Part shown: piece by piece, positions 21,127-30,646 of the stretch | How positions within the stretch are numbered: the first letter of the stretch is position 1 | Layout: the number at the start of each line of letters is the position of its first letter | DNA from: an uncultured Pseudomonadota bacterium | Lineage (GTDB): Bacteria; Oederibacteriota; Muellerivitia; Muellerivitales; Muellerivitaceae | Assembly: GCA_963843375.1 (NCBI GenBank) | Contig: CAWJKT010000011.1 | Span: forward strand, 256,001-320,000 | Reading direction: 5' to 3' | DNA: 64,000 bases | Program-made: the position numbers and the translations under genes | Notes under the pieces: model-generated | The model's input: the letters and a program-made list of their open reading frames with translations, nothing else | Told to the model about the DNA's origin: nothing | Database searches by the model: none

Positions 21127-22598
21127 TTAGTAGAGGCTCTCCGGACGGCGTTCGCCCATCAGGTGGTAATTTTTCTGATCAATGGCCTGCTTGATGACCT
21201 TCCACCATGGATAAATGGAGTCCCGAGGTTCAACAGCGATGGCGAAACCGACCTGAAAAACAACTCCCAGAATCACAAATGCTTTGGCGGCTAGCCGCCA
21301 AGTCTTTTTTTGCGGAAACACATCCAACAGTAACAAGAGTAAGTCATGAGAAGCGGGAAAAACAAAAAATAGATATGGGAGAGAGGCATTTTCACCGTGA
21401 ACCAGAAACTTCCGTAAACCATGGCAAAAACGATGGAAAACAGCAGGTTTAATTCCTTCCATTGGGGCCCGGTTTTTTCGGGTTGGTAATGACTGATCCA
21501 CAACCCCAAGGCCAAGGTAATGGCCATGATCCCAAAAGTTAAGAAAAGAGTTTTGGCCGCGTCGCCCGGATCGCTAAACACCAACATTATTCCCAGGCCG
21601 AGAAAAACGGCCCAAAAAAGCCATCGAAAACGCAGGCGCAGCTCACGGAACCAAAATGCGGCTAAAAGAAAAGGTTGAATCAGACCGGTGACCCATAGCA
21701 GGGCACCGGGAACGAGAAGAAAGGGATGCTCCTCGGTCAGGAAATGGATCCGGGTTTTAGTATTTTCGCCGATAAAACGGGGAACCTCAAAGGAAACAAG
21801 GGATAAATATCGGGCCAAGATGGTCCAAAATTCCTTTACGTTGGCCCAATTGAAAGGAACGGCGAATCCACCGGCCACGTTTCCCCGCGCCAAACCGAAT
21901 TTCAAGTATGTGGGAACGATGAGAGCCAGCATGGGAAGTGATCCTAGGGAAAAAAAGACCGGGGCACTCCATTCCTTTTCTTTAAACATTTGGAAAGCTA
22001 GTGAAAAAAGGGCCAGGGGTACGAGGTAGACGTAAGAAAAGTGGAATTGCATGATCCAAAAGAGGGAGAAGCCCATGGTTGCGTTCGCCCACCCGCGCGA
22101 AACCAAGTTCAAAGTGAAAAAAGGCAAGGATTCCATGAAGGCAATGAAGAAAAGAATAGAGGGCAAAAAAGTGAAGGCGGGATTGATCATGACCGTGGAT
22201 TCGTGAATGCTCCAAGGGGCGATGGCGATCCAAACGAAAAGCCATGTATAAGGAAGCCCGGGAAGTCTTTTGACGATATACCAGCTCAAAAGGGCAACCC
22301 CTGCCAAAGACATGAGATTTAACAAAATAAAAGGCGCTTCTGGGAAGTGTATTAAATAGAAAGGAAGACCAATCAGGAGTCCTTCCATGGCACCTGGAAT
22401 CTGACTTTTAAAGGAGTTTTCCATTCCATTGACGTCGGGGCCAAACCAGGGCCAAGTGGAGGTGCTATAGCATTTCAAGCCGATCAAGTAGGTTTGAAAT
22501 TGGTCGGTTTCCCGAAATTGGGCCCGAAATAAGCCAAACATTAACCGGATGGCAAAGAAGGCGAGTAAAAGGATGATCAATTTTTTGCGGTTGAGCAA
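21127..22598 (-). CDS. Polytopic membrane protein, GT-C-like candidate (paralog 3), frameshift near 21310
   Basis: TDQFQTYLIGLK..WPWFG..QIPGAME; the family C-terminus HLMGERRPESLY lies in another frame beyond a 7-base homopolymer. Confidence 0.55.
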
Positions 22599-22768
22599 CC
22601 GAAACCTCGGGGCTGAATTAGAAAGGCGATATTAACAGAAGCCCTTTCGCCTGAGAAGCCTTCTTCGAGCGTGGGGTTGGATCATTGGATATAATAGGAC
22701 TAGATGTCCTGAAAGACCTTCAACTGGTTTGTCCTCTTAGTCCCCATGGATGGTTCAGAAAGGCAGCA

Positions 22769-25700
22769 ATGGTTTTTCTTTTCACGGAAATCGATCACGA
22801 GTCATTGTTCAAGGAAAGGGGAACTACCGAAGCGAACCATATCCTGGCATGCCAGCATTTCTTGATTGAAGAAATTCTATTTTCCCACAGCGTCCAGTGG
22901 ATGCGGCGGACGTCTTCTGGTGTATTGGGTATCTTCGAGGGGGGTGAGCCCGCCAAAGCCGCCATTGCCCTGCAAAAAAATTTTAAGAGCCATTTGTGGG
23001 ACCGGTTTGGAAAAGCAGGTCTTCGCGTTTCCCTCCATGTGGGAGAGGCTGAGGCCGTGGGCCAAAAGTATGTGGGTCCGGACTTCACTCATGCCCTAAA
23101 ACTTTTGGAAGCCATTCGGGGCAGCCAGATTCTTCTGACGGTTCCCGCCGTCCATTTTGTGCCTCTTCCCCCGGGTGCGCGACTCCAGGATATGGGCCCC
23201 CACTTCCTGAAAGACTTGAGCGAGCCCCAAAATATTTACTCACTGGTCCATCCGGATTTTAACCTGGAAACGACCGACTCTCCCGTGTCGCTGCAAAATT
23301 ATCCCCAAAACTTTCTTCCACAAGGCTCTCCCTTTTTTGGGCGCGAAGAGGAAATGGAGGAGATTGAGAAACTCCTGCTTCATTCCCCCACCCAACTCAT
23401 TACCCTTTTGGGTCCGGGTGGATTCGGCAAAACCCGACTGGCCCTCCAAGCAGCGGCGGACTTGATTGAAAAATTCGAGGATGGGGTTTATGTGATCTCC
23501 TTGGCGTCTCTGCTTTCCGACCAGTTGATGGTAGGCAGTATCGCCAGCGCGGTTAAGTTTTTATTTTATGGAGCGGAAGATCCCAAGACCCAGCTTTTGA
23601 ATCACCTCAAAGGGAAGCAAATGCTCTTGGTGATGGACAATTTTGAGCATGTTATTCAAGGTTCCGAATGGGTGGAACAAATGCTCAAGGTCGCGCCCCG
23701 GCTGAAGATCCTCCTCACTTCCCGTGAAAGCCTGGGGATCGATGGAGAAAAAGTGCTGGAGGTCAAGGGGCTGCGTTATCCTGTCGACGGCCAGATTGAG
23801 GGACTGGAAGCATGTTCAGCCGTCCAGCTTTTTTTAAAAAGTGCCCACCGGGTCCAGCCAAACTTTTCGCTCAAACCGGAAGACCGTGAACAGCTTCTTC
23901 AAATTTGCCGCCTCCTGGAAGGCATGCCGCTAGGGCTTGAGCTTTCCGCTACCTGGGTGCCCACGCTTTCCTTGCCCCAAATCGCCGAAAAGATCGAGAG
24001 CAACCGGGATTTTCTTGCGACTTCCATGCCGCATTTGCCGCCCCGACATCGATCCCTTAGGGCCGTGTTTGAATATTCTTGGATACTGCTTTCCGAGCCC
24101 CAAAAAAAGGTTCTGCGGGGAATCTCGGTTTTTAAGGGAAGCTTTATGGAGCAGGCTGCCCGCAAAGTGGCGGGAGCCTCGGAAAATCTACTGCTTTTCC
24201 TGACGAAAAAATCGCTGTTGAGAATCCGAAGCAACGGGCGCTTTGAGATACATGAATTGCTAAAGTATTACGCCAAGGAAAAACTATTTGACGATCACGC
24301 CGAAAGGGAAAAAATTTTAAACGCCCATTGTTTTTATTTCGCTCAACTGATGGAAAAAAGAGAAGGAAACTTATACGGTTCCAGTCAAAAAAAAGTCGTC
24401 GAGGATTTGACCGAGGAGATCGGGAATATCCGGGAGGGTTGGAAAAGGGCTTTAACACAATTAAAGGAGCCGGAAATTAATAGTTACCTGGGAGCTCTTT
24501 TTTTCCTGTTCGAGACCAAAGGCTGGTTTCGGGAGGCCCAAGAAAACTTTAAAACGGCCGCAGAAGGCCTTTCTCGTAAGTATGCCGATGTTTCCTCCAT
24601 GCCCAAGAGCGCAAAAGCCCTCTTGGCCCGATTGAAAGCTTATTGGGGTTTCTTTGAAAACCTTTTGGGTCAACCCAAGATCGCCCAAAAACTCCTTGAG
24701 GAAAGCCTCCGACTTTATCAATTGGCTCAAACCCTGAAAAAGGCGGGATTTACCTACAGCGCGCTGGGGATCGTCAATGAAACCCAAGGGCACTACGAGA
24801 AAGCCAAGACTTGTTACACAAAAGGTTATCAAGCCTATCATCGGGTGGGGGACCACTACGGCATTGTTTGGTCCCTTAATAACTTAGGGCATATTGAAAA
24901 CCGGATGGGGCGCCATTCCCGCGCCACCGATTTAGTCCAAAAAAGCCTGGCTTATTCTCTTGCTGACAAGGATTTGAGGTCCCAAGCTTATTCCCACAAT
25001 CTCCTTGGCGATATTCTTCATGATGTGGGACATTTCAAGGAAGCCCGCGTCCATTATCAAAAGGGCCTTTCAGCCTACGTGGAAATAGGCGACCGGAAAG
25101 GGATCGCCTGGTCTTTCCACTGCCTGGGGCATGAGGCAGTCATTTTTGGGGATTACGCTGGTGCCCGGGAGATGTTCCAGGAGGGAATGGTCATTTCCCG
25201 CGACCTGGGGGATTCACGGGCGATAGCCTGGTCTAAAGGTTTATTGGGCCAGGTTTGTTGGGCCACGGGAGATTACCCAGAAGCCCTCCAACTTTATTCG
25301 GAAGCCTTGGCCGAGTACCGGAACCTGGGGGATATTCGCGGCGAGGCTCTTATCATGGACTTGACTGGGAATGTCCGGCTGGCCCAAAAGAACGATCTCG
25401 AAGCTGAAAGATCCTATCAACTGGCTTACAATCTCTGGTCACAGGAAGGGGCCAACGTACTGGGCAGGGCTTGGCATCTGCACCACATGGGAACAGTTTA
25501 CGTGTTCAGGCAAAATTGGAAGAAGGCGAAGGCCCAATTCCTTGAGAGCCTCCGTTGTTTTGACTTAAGTCGGGAGCACCTAGGCCAGACGGTATCGCTT
25601 ATCCGGCTGGGCGAGGTGGCTTTTCGCCAAAAGGCCTACGGTGAGGCCCGTCGGCGTTACCAAAAGGCCATGCGGCTTGCCCTGCATTCGCAGCTCTTTC

Positions 25701-26035
25701 CAATGATGGTGGACGGCCTCATCGGGATCGCCCAACTCTTAAAGGAAGAGGGAGATGAACGGCAGGCGATCAGCTTTCTGCTTGTATCATTGAACCATCC
25801 GACCTGTCGGCAAGAAACCAAAGATAGGATCGTGGCCTTCTCGATGGAGCTTCAATCGCATTTTTCCGCGGAGGAAGTGGAGGGAGCCGTTCAATGGGCG
25901 AAGGCCTCAAGCATCCAGGACGTGGTGGCGGCTTGGTTATCTTCCCATAAAACTTCCCGACCCCTTCGAAGGAAAGTTTCCCGAAAGCGGAAGGCCGTGA
26001 AGAAATCCAGGACACAAAAACTAAAAAGAAAATAG
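22769..26035 (+). CDS. Degenerate class III cyclase domain + STAND/NB-ARC-like ATPase + TPR repeats (start uncertain, ORF opens at 22685)
   Basis: VFLFTEID, LRVSLHVGE, LKDLSEP; Walker A GPGGFGKT, Walker B LLVMDNFEH, LEGMPLGLEL, RHRSLRAVF, IHELL; TPR helices. Confidence 0.85.
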   Translation: MVFLFTEIDHESLFKERGTTEANHILACQHFLIEEILFSHSVQWMRRTSSGVLGIFEGGEPAKAAIALQKNFKSHLWDRFGKAGLRVSLHVGEAEAVGQKYVGPDFTHALKLLEAIRGSQILLTVPAVHFVPLPPGARLQDMGPHFLKDLSEPQNIYSLVHPDFNLETTDSPVSLQNYPQNFLPQGSPFFGREEEMEEIEKLLLHSPTQLITLLGPGGFGKTRLALQAAADLIEKFEDGVYVISLASLLSDQLMVGSIASAVKFLFYGAEDPKTQLLNHLKGKQMLLVMDNFEHVIQGSEWVEQMLKVAPRLKILLTSRESLGIDGEKVLEVKGLRYPVDGQIEGLEACSAVQLFLKSAHRVQPNFSLKPEDREQLLQICRLLEGMPLGLELSATWVPTLSLPQIAEKIESNRDFLATSMPHLPPRHRSLRAVFEYSWILLSEPQKKVLRGISVFKGSFMEQAARKVAGASENLLLFLTKKSLLRIRSNGRFEIHELLKYYAKEKLFDDHAEREKILNAHCFYFAQLMEKREGNLYGSSQKKVVEDLTEEIGNIREGWKRALTQLKEPEINSYLGALFFLFETKGWFREAQENFKTAAEGLSRKYADVSSMPKSAKALLARLKAYWGFFENLLGQPKIAQKLLEESLRLYQLAQTLKKAGFTYSALGIVNETQGHYEKAKTCYTKGYQAYHRVGDHYGIVWSLNNLGHIENRMGRHSRATDLVQKSLAYSLADKDLRSQAYSHNLLGDILHDVGHFKEARVHYQKGLSAYVEIGDRKGIAWSFHCLGHEAVIFGDYAGAREMFQEGMVISRDLGDSRAIAWSKGLLGQVCWATGDYPEALQLYSEALAEYRNLGDIRGEALIMDLTGNVRLAQKNDLEAERSYQLAYNLWSQEGANVLGRAWHLHHMGTVYVFRQNWKKAKAQFLESLRCFDLSREHLGQTVSLIRLGEVAFRQKAYGEARRRYQKAMRLALHSQLFPMMVDGLIGIAQLLKEEGDERQAISFLLVSLNHPTCRQETKDRIVAFSMELQSHFSAEEVEGAVQWAKASSIQDVVAAWLSSHKTSRPLRRKVSRKRKAVKKSRTQKLKRK

Positions 26036-26061
26036 GTTTTTATTGAGATTGAAAAGGGCAT

Positions 26062-26093
26062 AAAAAAAGCCACCGGAATTTCCGGTGGCTTTT
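26062..26093. terminator. Bidirectional intrinsic terminator
   Basis: AAAAGCCACCGGA-ATT-TCCGGTGGCTTTT between convergent genes. Confidence 0.9.
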
Positions 26094-26108
26094 AAAAATC
26101 TTACAAAC

Positions 26109-26417
26109 TTAATGCTGTTCGCAAATCCGAAGCTGATCCAACGCAGCATTGATGGCTCCGATTGCGTCTGCTTTATGCCCATGGAAGTCATTACGGGCCT
26201 GCCAAAGGGTATGCTTGGCATTCTGCAACTGTTGAGCGGCTCTCCAAATCTTTGGATCGTGATGCCCCATTCCGCCGTTGAAGTCAAAATGGGCCTGATC
26301 GTCGGCACCGATATTAACGGTCAAGTCGATACCGGCCTTTACTACCATCGGCATCGCCATCAAGCCGAGCATTCCCGCTCCCAAAGCCACTTTGCGCAAA
26401 TAACCTTTCATCTCCAT
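26109..26417 (-). CDS. Small exported helical protein, function unknown
   Basis: GAGGAGG RBS, signal peptide, DFHGHKADAI..IN.AL.QL motif, terminator downstream. Confidence 0.75.
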   Translation of the reverse strand: MEMKGYLRKVALGAGMLGLMAMPMVVKAGIDLTVNIGADDQAHFDFNGGMGHHDPKIWRAAQQLQNAKHTLWQARNDFHGHKADAIGAINAALDQLRICEQH

Positions 26418-26542
26418 GAAAATCCTCCTCGAGTTTTATTACTATCAGCACCCGTTTACATTAAACCGGCTGCCTATTATAGACGTATTCTAACCGTGAA
26501 TTGTTCCGGCAAAATTTTACGCTACTTAAAGGTTTTTAAGGC

Positions 26543-27250
26543 CTACCACTTCAATTCCTGGCCGTTATTGTAAATAAAAAGAGAAGTCTGCTTCATCGTG
26601 AGGTCTTTCAGGGTCTTGGCAATAGCCGCAGCGGATTCTTCGGGCTTCAAGGGGGCGCTGGGACCGCCCATGTCGGTTTGGACCCAGCCTGGATCTAGAC
26701 AAACGCAAACCACATTATCTTTTTGAAGATCGAAAGCCATGGTGCGGGTGAGCATATTCAACCCGGCTTTAGAAACCCCATAGGCGTAAAAGCCACCCTC
26801 GGCTTTTCCCGAAAGAGAACCCAGGCCGGAGGTCATGTTAACCAAACGTGGATTTTTCGCTTTCTTTAATAAAGGGAAAAAAGCTTGTGCAACCCGCAGG
26901 GGACCTAGAGTATTGACCTCGAAAGATTCCCTCATTTTTGTGATTTCCACCTGTTGGAGAGTTGCGTTGTAGGGTTGCAGCGAGATGCCGGCGTTGTTAA
27001 AGAGTACATCCAAATGATCTGTTTTCTTCGCCACTTCCCTTGCGGCGTTATCCACGGAAATATCCGAATCCGCCTCCAGCGTGACCAGTTCCAAGGAATC
27101 TTTATGTTTTTTTTGAAGGGTTTTTAGTTCCTCTGCCTTTTGGGGCTGGCGACAGGCGGCGAAAACTTTTTCTCCTTGGCCTAGCAGGACCCGGGTGACT
27201 GCCAAGCCGATTCCACGGTTAGCACCGGTAATAAGGAACGTTTCAGACAT
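26543..27250 (-). CDS. SDR family oxidoreductase (C-factor-like subgroup)
   Basis: TGANRGIG, NNAG, YGVSK, DPGWVQTDMGG. Confidence 0.93.
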   Translation of the reverse strand: MSETFLITGANRGIGLAVTRVLLGQGEKVFAACRQPQKAEELKTLQKKHKDSLELVTLEADSDISVDNAAREVAKKTDHLDVLFNNAGISLQPYNATLQQVEITKMRESFEVNTLGPLRVAQAFFPLLKKAKNPRLVNMTSGLGSLSGKAEGGFYAYGVSKAGLNMLTRTMAFDLQKDNVVCVCLDPGWVQTDMGGPSAPLKPEESAAAIAKTLKDLTMKQTSLFIYNNGQELKW

Positions 27251-27549
27251 TATTTTACCTCGCGGATTTGTTTTAGCGGGCGAAGTCTATGCTTTTTCTT
27301 TATAAAATTCCAGGGAAGATAAATCGAAGCGTTGTTGATGAGGAAGATTTAACGAAAATCTCTATAGATGGGAGCGCTTTTTTAGAAAAAAGTAATCTGA
27401 AAATTTTTTTCACAAAGTTAGAGTTTCGTTTAAGGCTCAACTTAAGTTTGGCGATATTTGTCTTGCCCCAACAATTAGTTTTTGACTTCCTGAAATAACA
27501 GCGATTTAATTAAATGTTGATCCGTTTAAAATATTAGTAACGAGGCAGT

Positions 27550-30429
27550 TTGTTGCGCCATATTCTAAAAACGATTTCCATCATTATTTATAATTCAACA
27601 TTGTTGAACCGGGTTGTGCCTATTTTTCTTTTTGCTTTTTGTCTACGCATTCCAGCTAACGCGGCATCTCCGGGGCTAATTGTTTCTGAAAATAAAGTTA
27701 CAACCACGGGTGGATGTTCCGTGACCTTAAGAGGGGTCGATGTGGACGGGTTGGAATTTTCACCGACCGGGTACGGTCCCCCCAGCGGAACTGGTGGGAG
27801 CTCGTTAGAAGTTGCGCAGGAAGCAATCACGGTGTGGCATGCCAGCATTATCCGTCTTCCCTTGAATCAAGATTTTTGGTTCGGATGTGGAAATTCGAAA
27901 GACACAACTCCCCCCAGTGCGGCCACCTATCAAAGTACCGTAAATAGTATCGTGAGTTATTGCTCTTCCGAAAACGCTTATGTCATCTTGGACCTTCACT
28001 GGTCGGGAACTTCCTCTACCGCTTCCGCTCCCTGCGGAACCGGATGGGGAGCGGCAACTGCTCAGCAGTACATGGCCGACGAAAACGCGGTGACCTTCTG
28101 GAGTTCAGTGGCGGCGGCCTATGCCAACAATCCAGCGGTAATATTTGACCTTTATAACGAACCCTATAGCAGCGGCGGAGGGGATACAGCGGCCGCATGG
28201 AGCGTCTGGCAACAGGGAGGAACGGGATCGGGAGCTTCTTTTTCCACACCCGGCATGCAGGGACTTTTAAACGCCGTCCGCGCGACGGGGGCCAACAACA
28301 TTTGCCTATCGGGTGGTCTTTCCTGGTGTTCTGATTTGACAGAAGTTGATAGCTATCCCCTTACCAACGTAGGGAACGGAATTGTTTATTCCGCCCATCT
28401 CTATGGAAGTAATGATGGAGATTCGGCCGCCAGTTGGAACGCGGAGGTTCCAAGTTCGGTTTTATCCGCCAACCCCGTATTCGTGGGGGAAATGGGGCCG
28501 TACACCAGTTGCAACGAAGATAACAGCACTTACGACTCCAACATTTTTTCTTGGATAATGGGAACTTCAGGCGTTATGGGGGGCACTGCCTGGTCCATGA
28601 CCACCAATTCCTGTCCGAACCTTCTTTCCGACTGGACTTGGGGTACGGAGGCTTGGGGTGCCGCTGTTTCAACATGGTTGGCAACGCCCGTACCCACCTG
28701 TCCCGCCCCTGGATCGCCTGTCCCAACTAACACGCCCACTTCTACTTTCACCGGTACTCCTACTCATACGTTGACTCCAACAGATACTAGAACGCCATCG
28801 AATACCCCAACCAATAGCTCCACGGAAACTTTAACCAATACTCCCACTAGAACGGTAACTCAGACCCCGACCAATACTCCAACTGGTACGGCGACCATTA
28901 CGACAACTTACACCGCTACCGGGAGTTCGACTTCCACGGCAACGAGAACCCCGACGCCGACGCCGACCAATACCCCGGCCAATACCGTGACCAATACTCC
29001 ATCTTCAACCTCCACTTTTACATTCACTGGCACGGCAACCAACACTGGAACGTCCACAGCCACCAACTCACCGACCAATACCTTCACCCGGACGGCCACC
29101 AATACCGCTACGACTACCGCCACATTCTCCGCCACGAACACTACCACGAATTCGCCAACTAATACGACTACATCCACTGTCACCAACACAGCTTCTCCCA
29201 CTATCACCAATACACCGACCTTGAGTCCGACTGGAACCTTGAGCCCGTCACTGACACCAACGCCGTCTTCCACCGCGACCAAAACCGAAACAAATACAGC
29301 CACCTCAACAGGTACAAATACCGGAACCAACACTGTTACGGCTACGCCGACATCCTCCACCACTAATACTCCGACTCAGACGGTTACATTAAGCCCCACC
29401 TTCACCGCCACCGCGACCACCTCTGCGACTTCAACTTGGACGGCAACCGAAACTCCTACCAATAGCTTGACCAAAACGACCACTAATACGCCGACCATGA
29501 CAGCTACCAACACCTTAACGAATACGGCAACCAAGACCGCTACCTTAACCGCAACGGCAAGCCCGACTTTCACGGCGACGGAAACACCCACGAACACTCT
29601 GGTGAATACGGGAACCCCTACGCTGACCTCCTCGCCAACGCCGGTGACGGTGGAAAATTCACAGGGAACGAGCCCCCCGGGCAACTCTGTGCAAGTGCCT
29701 GGAGCTTCAGGAGTGACGGTAGAACAAATAGTAATGATGAACCCGGGGAACAATTCGGTAAATTTGACAAGCCTGACTTTGACCGAAACGGGGGCAACGG
29801 CTTCGGGAATCACCTCAGTTACTCTTCTGAAAAACGGCGTGCCGGTGTCAACGGCCAATTTTACGGGAAACACCGCCGTTTTTAACTTTAGTGATACGAT
29901 TCCTGCCAGTAATGGGGCAGTGACCTACCTAGTGGAAGCGAGTTTCTCGAATACGGCGTTGGGAAGCTACCAATTTAGCATCACCAATGAAGTGGGAAAC
30001 AATGGGCAGCCAGTTCTTTTCAACCCAACGACAGTCAACGGAGCAATGATCATGGTGGGGCTGGTTACAGCGACACCCTCCTTCACACCGAGTTCGACTG
30101 CGACCTTTGCACCAACATTAACCTATTCGCCAACCGCGATCTTAACCCCTCTCCCAGGCTCTACTCCCGTCTTATATCCCAACCCTTCCTCTGGTGGGCC
30201 TGTTAATATTTCCGTTCCTCAAACCCAACCCTCGGATGTTCGGGTAGAGGTCTTTACCATCGCCTTTCGTAAGGTGCAGGATCAGTCTTTCCAACCGTTA
30301 CCCGTGGGAGAGATCATCACGCTGGATTTAAAAGATAAGTGGGGAACGCCATTGGCCAGCGGACTTTACTATGTGGTGATTACGGTCCATGGGGAAAGAT
30401 CGGTCAGTAAATTATTGATCTTGAGATGA
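27550..30429 (+). CDS. GH5 endoglucanase-like + Thr stalk + beta domain + T9SS-like CTD
   Basis: IIRLPLN, VILDLHW, DLYNEP, SAHLY, VFVGEMG; stalk ~28681-29643; CTD 30166-30429. Confidence 0.9.
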   Translation: MLRHILKTISIIIYNSTLLNRVVPIFLFAFCLRIPANAASPGLIVSENKVTTTGGCSVTLRGVDVDGLEFSPTGYGPPSGTGGSSLEVAQEAITVWHASIIRLPLNQDFWFGCGNSKDTTPPSAATYQSTVNSIVSYCSSENAYVILDLHWSGTSSTASAPCGTGWGAATAQQYMADENAVTFWSSVAAAYANNPAVIFDLYNEPYSSGGGDTAAAWSVWQQGGTGSGASFSTPGMQGLLNAVRATGANNICLSGGLSWCSDLTEVDSYPLTNVGNGIVYSAHLYGSNDGDSAASWNAEVPSSVLSANPVFVGEMGPYTSCNEDNSTYDSNIFSWIMGTSGVMGGTAWSMTTNSCPNLLSDWTWGTEAWGAAVSTWLATPVPTCPAPGSPVPTNTPTSTFTGTPTHTLTPTDTRTPSNTPTNSSTETLTNTPTRTVTQTPTNTPTGTATITTTYTATGSSTSTATRTPTPTPTNTPANTVTNTPSSTSTFTFTGTATNTGTSTATNSPTNTFTRTATNTATTTATFSATNTTTNSPTNTTTSTVTNTASPTITNTPTLSPTGTLSPSLTPTPSSTATKTETNTATSTGTNTGTNTVTATPTSSTTNTPTQTVTLSPTFTATATTSATSTWTATETPTNSLTKTTTNTPTMTATNTLTNTATKTATLTATASPTFTATETPTNTLVNTGTPTLTSSPTPVTVENSQGTSPPGNSVQVPGASGVTVEQIVMMNPGNNSVNLTSLTLTETGATASGITSVTLLKNGVPVSTANFTGNTAVFNFSDTIPASNGAVTYLVEASFSNTALGSYQFSITNEVGNNGQPVLFNPTTVNGAMIMVGLVTATPSFTPSSTATFAPTLTYSPTAILTPLPGSTPVLYPNPSSGGPVNISVPQTQPSDVRVEVFTIAFRKVQDQSFQPLPVGEIITLDLKDKWGTPLASGLYYVVITVHGERSVSKLLILR

Positions 30430-30646
30430 CTCTAAGTTTTTAAAACGGTGAAGAGTCTTTTCTTGAATAATCAATCTAATAATTCGGGATTTTATCCACA
30501 TAATTTATTGAGTTGGTTTTTATGACAGACGAGATTTACCGGTAAACTAAAAAAGATCAAGTTATAAGGCTTACCGAATGTACAAGAAGCCAATATTGAG
30601 GTAGTCTTACTATTCGACTCCTAGTTGTGCCCGGCTAAGGGGAAAA

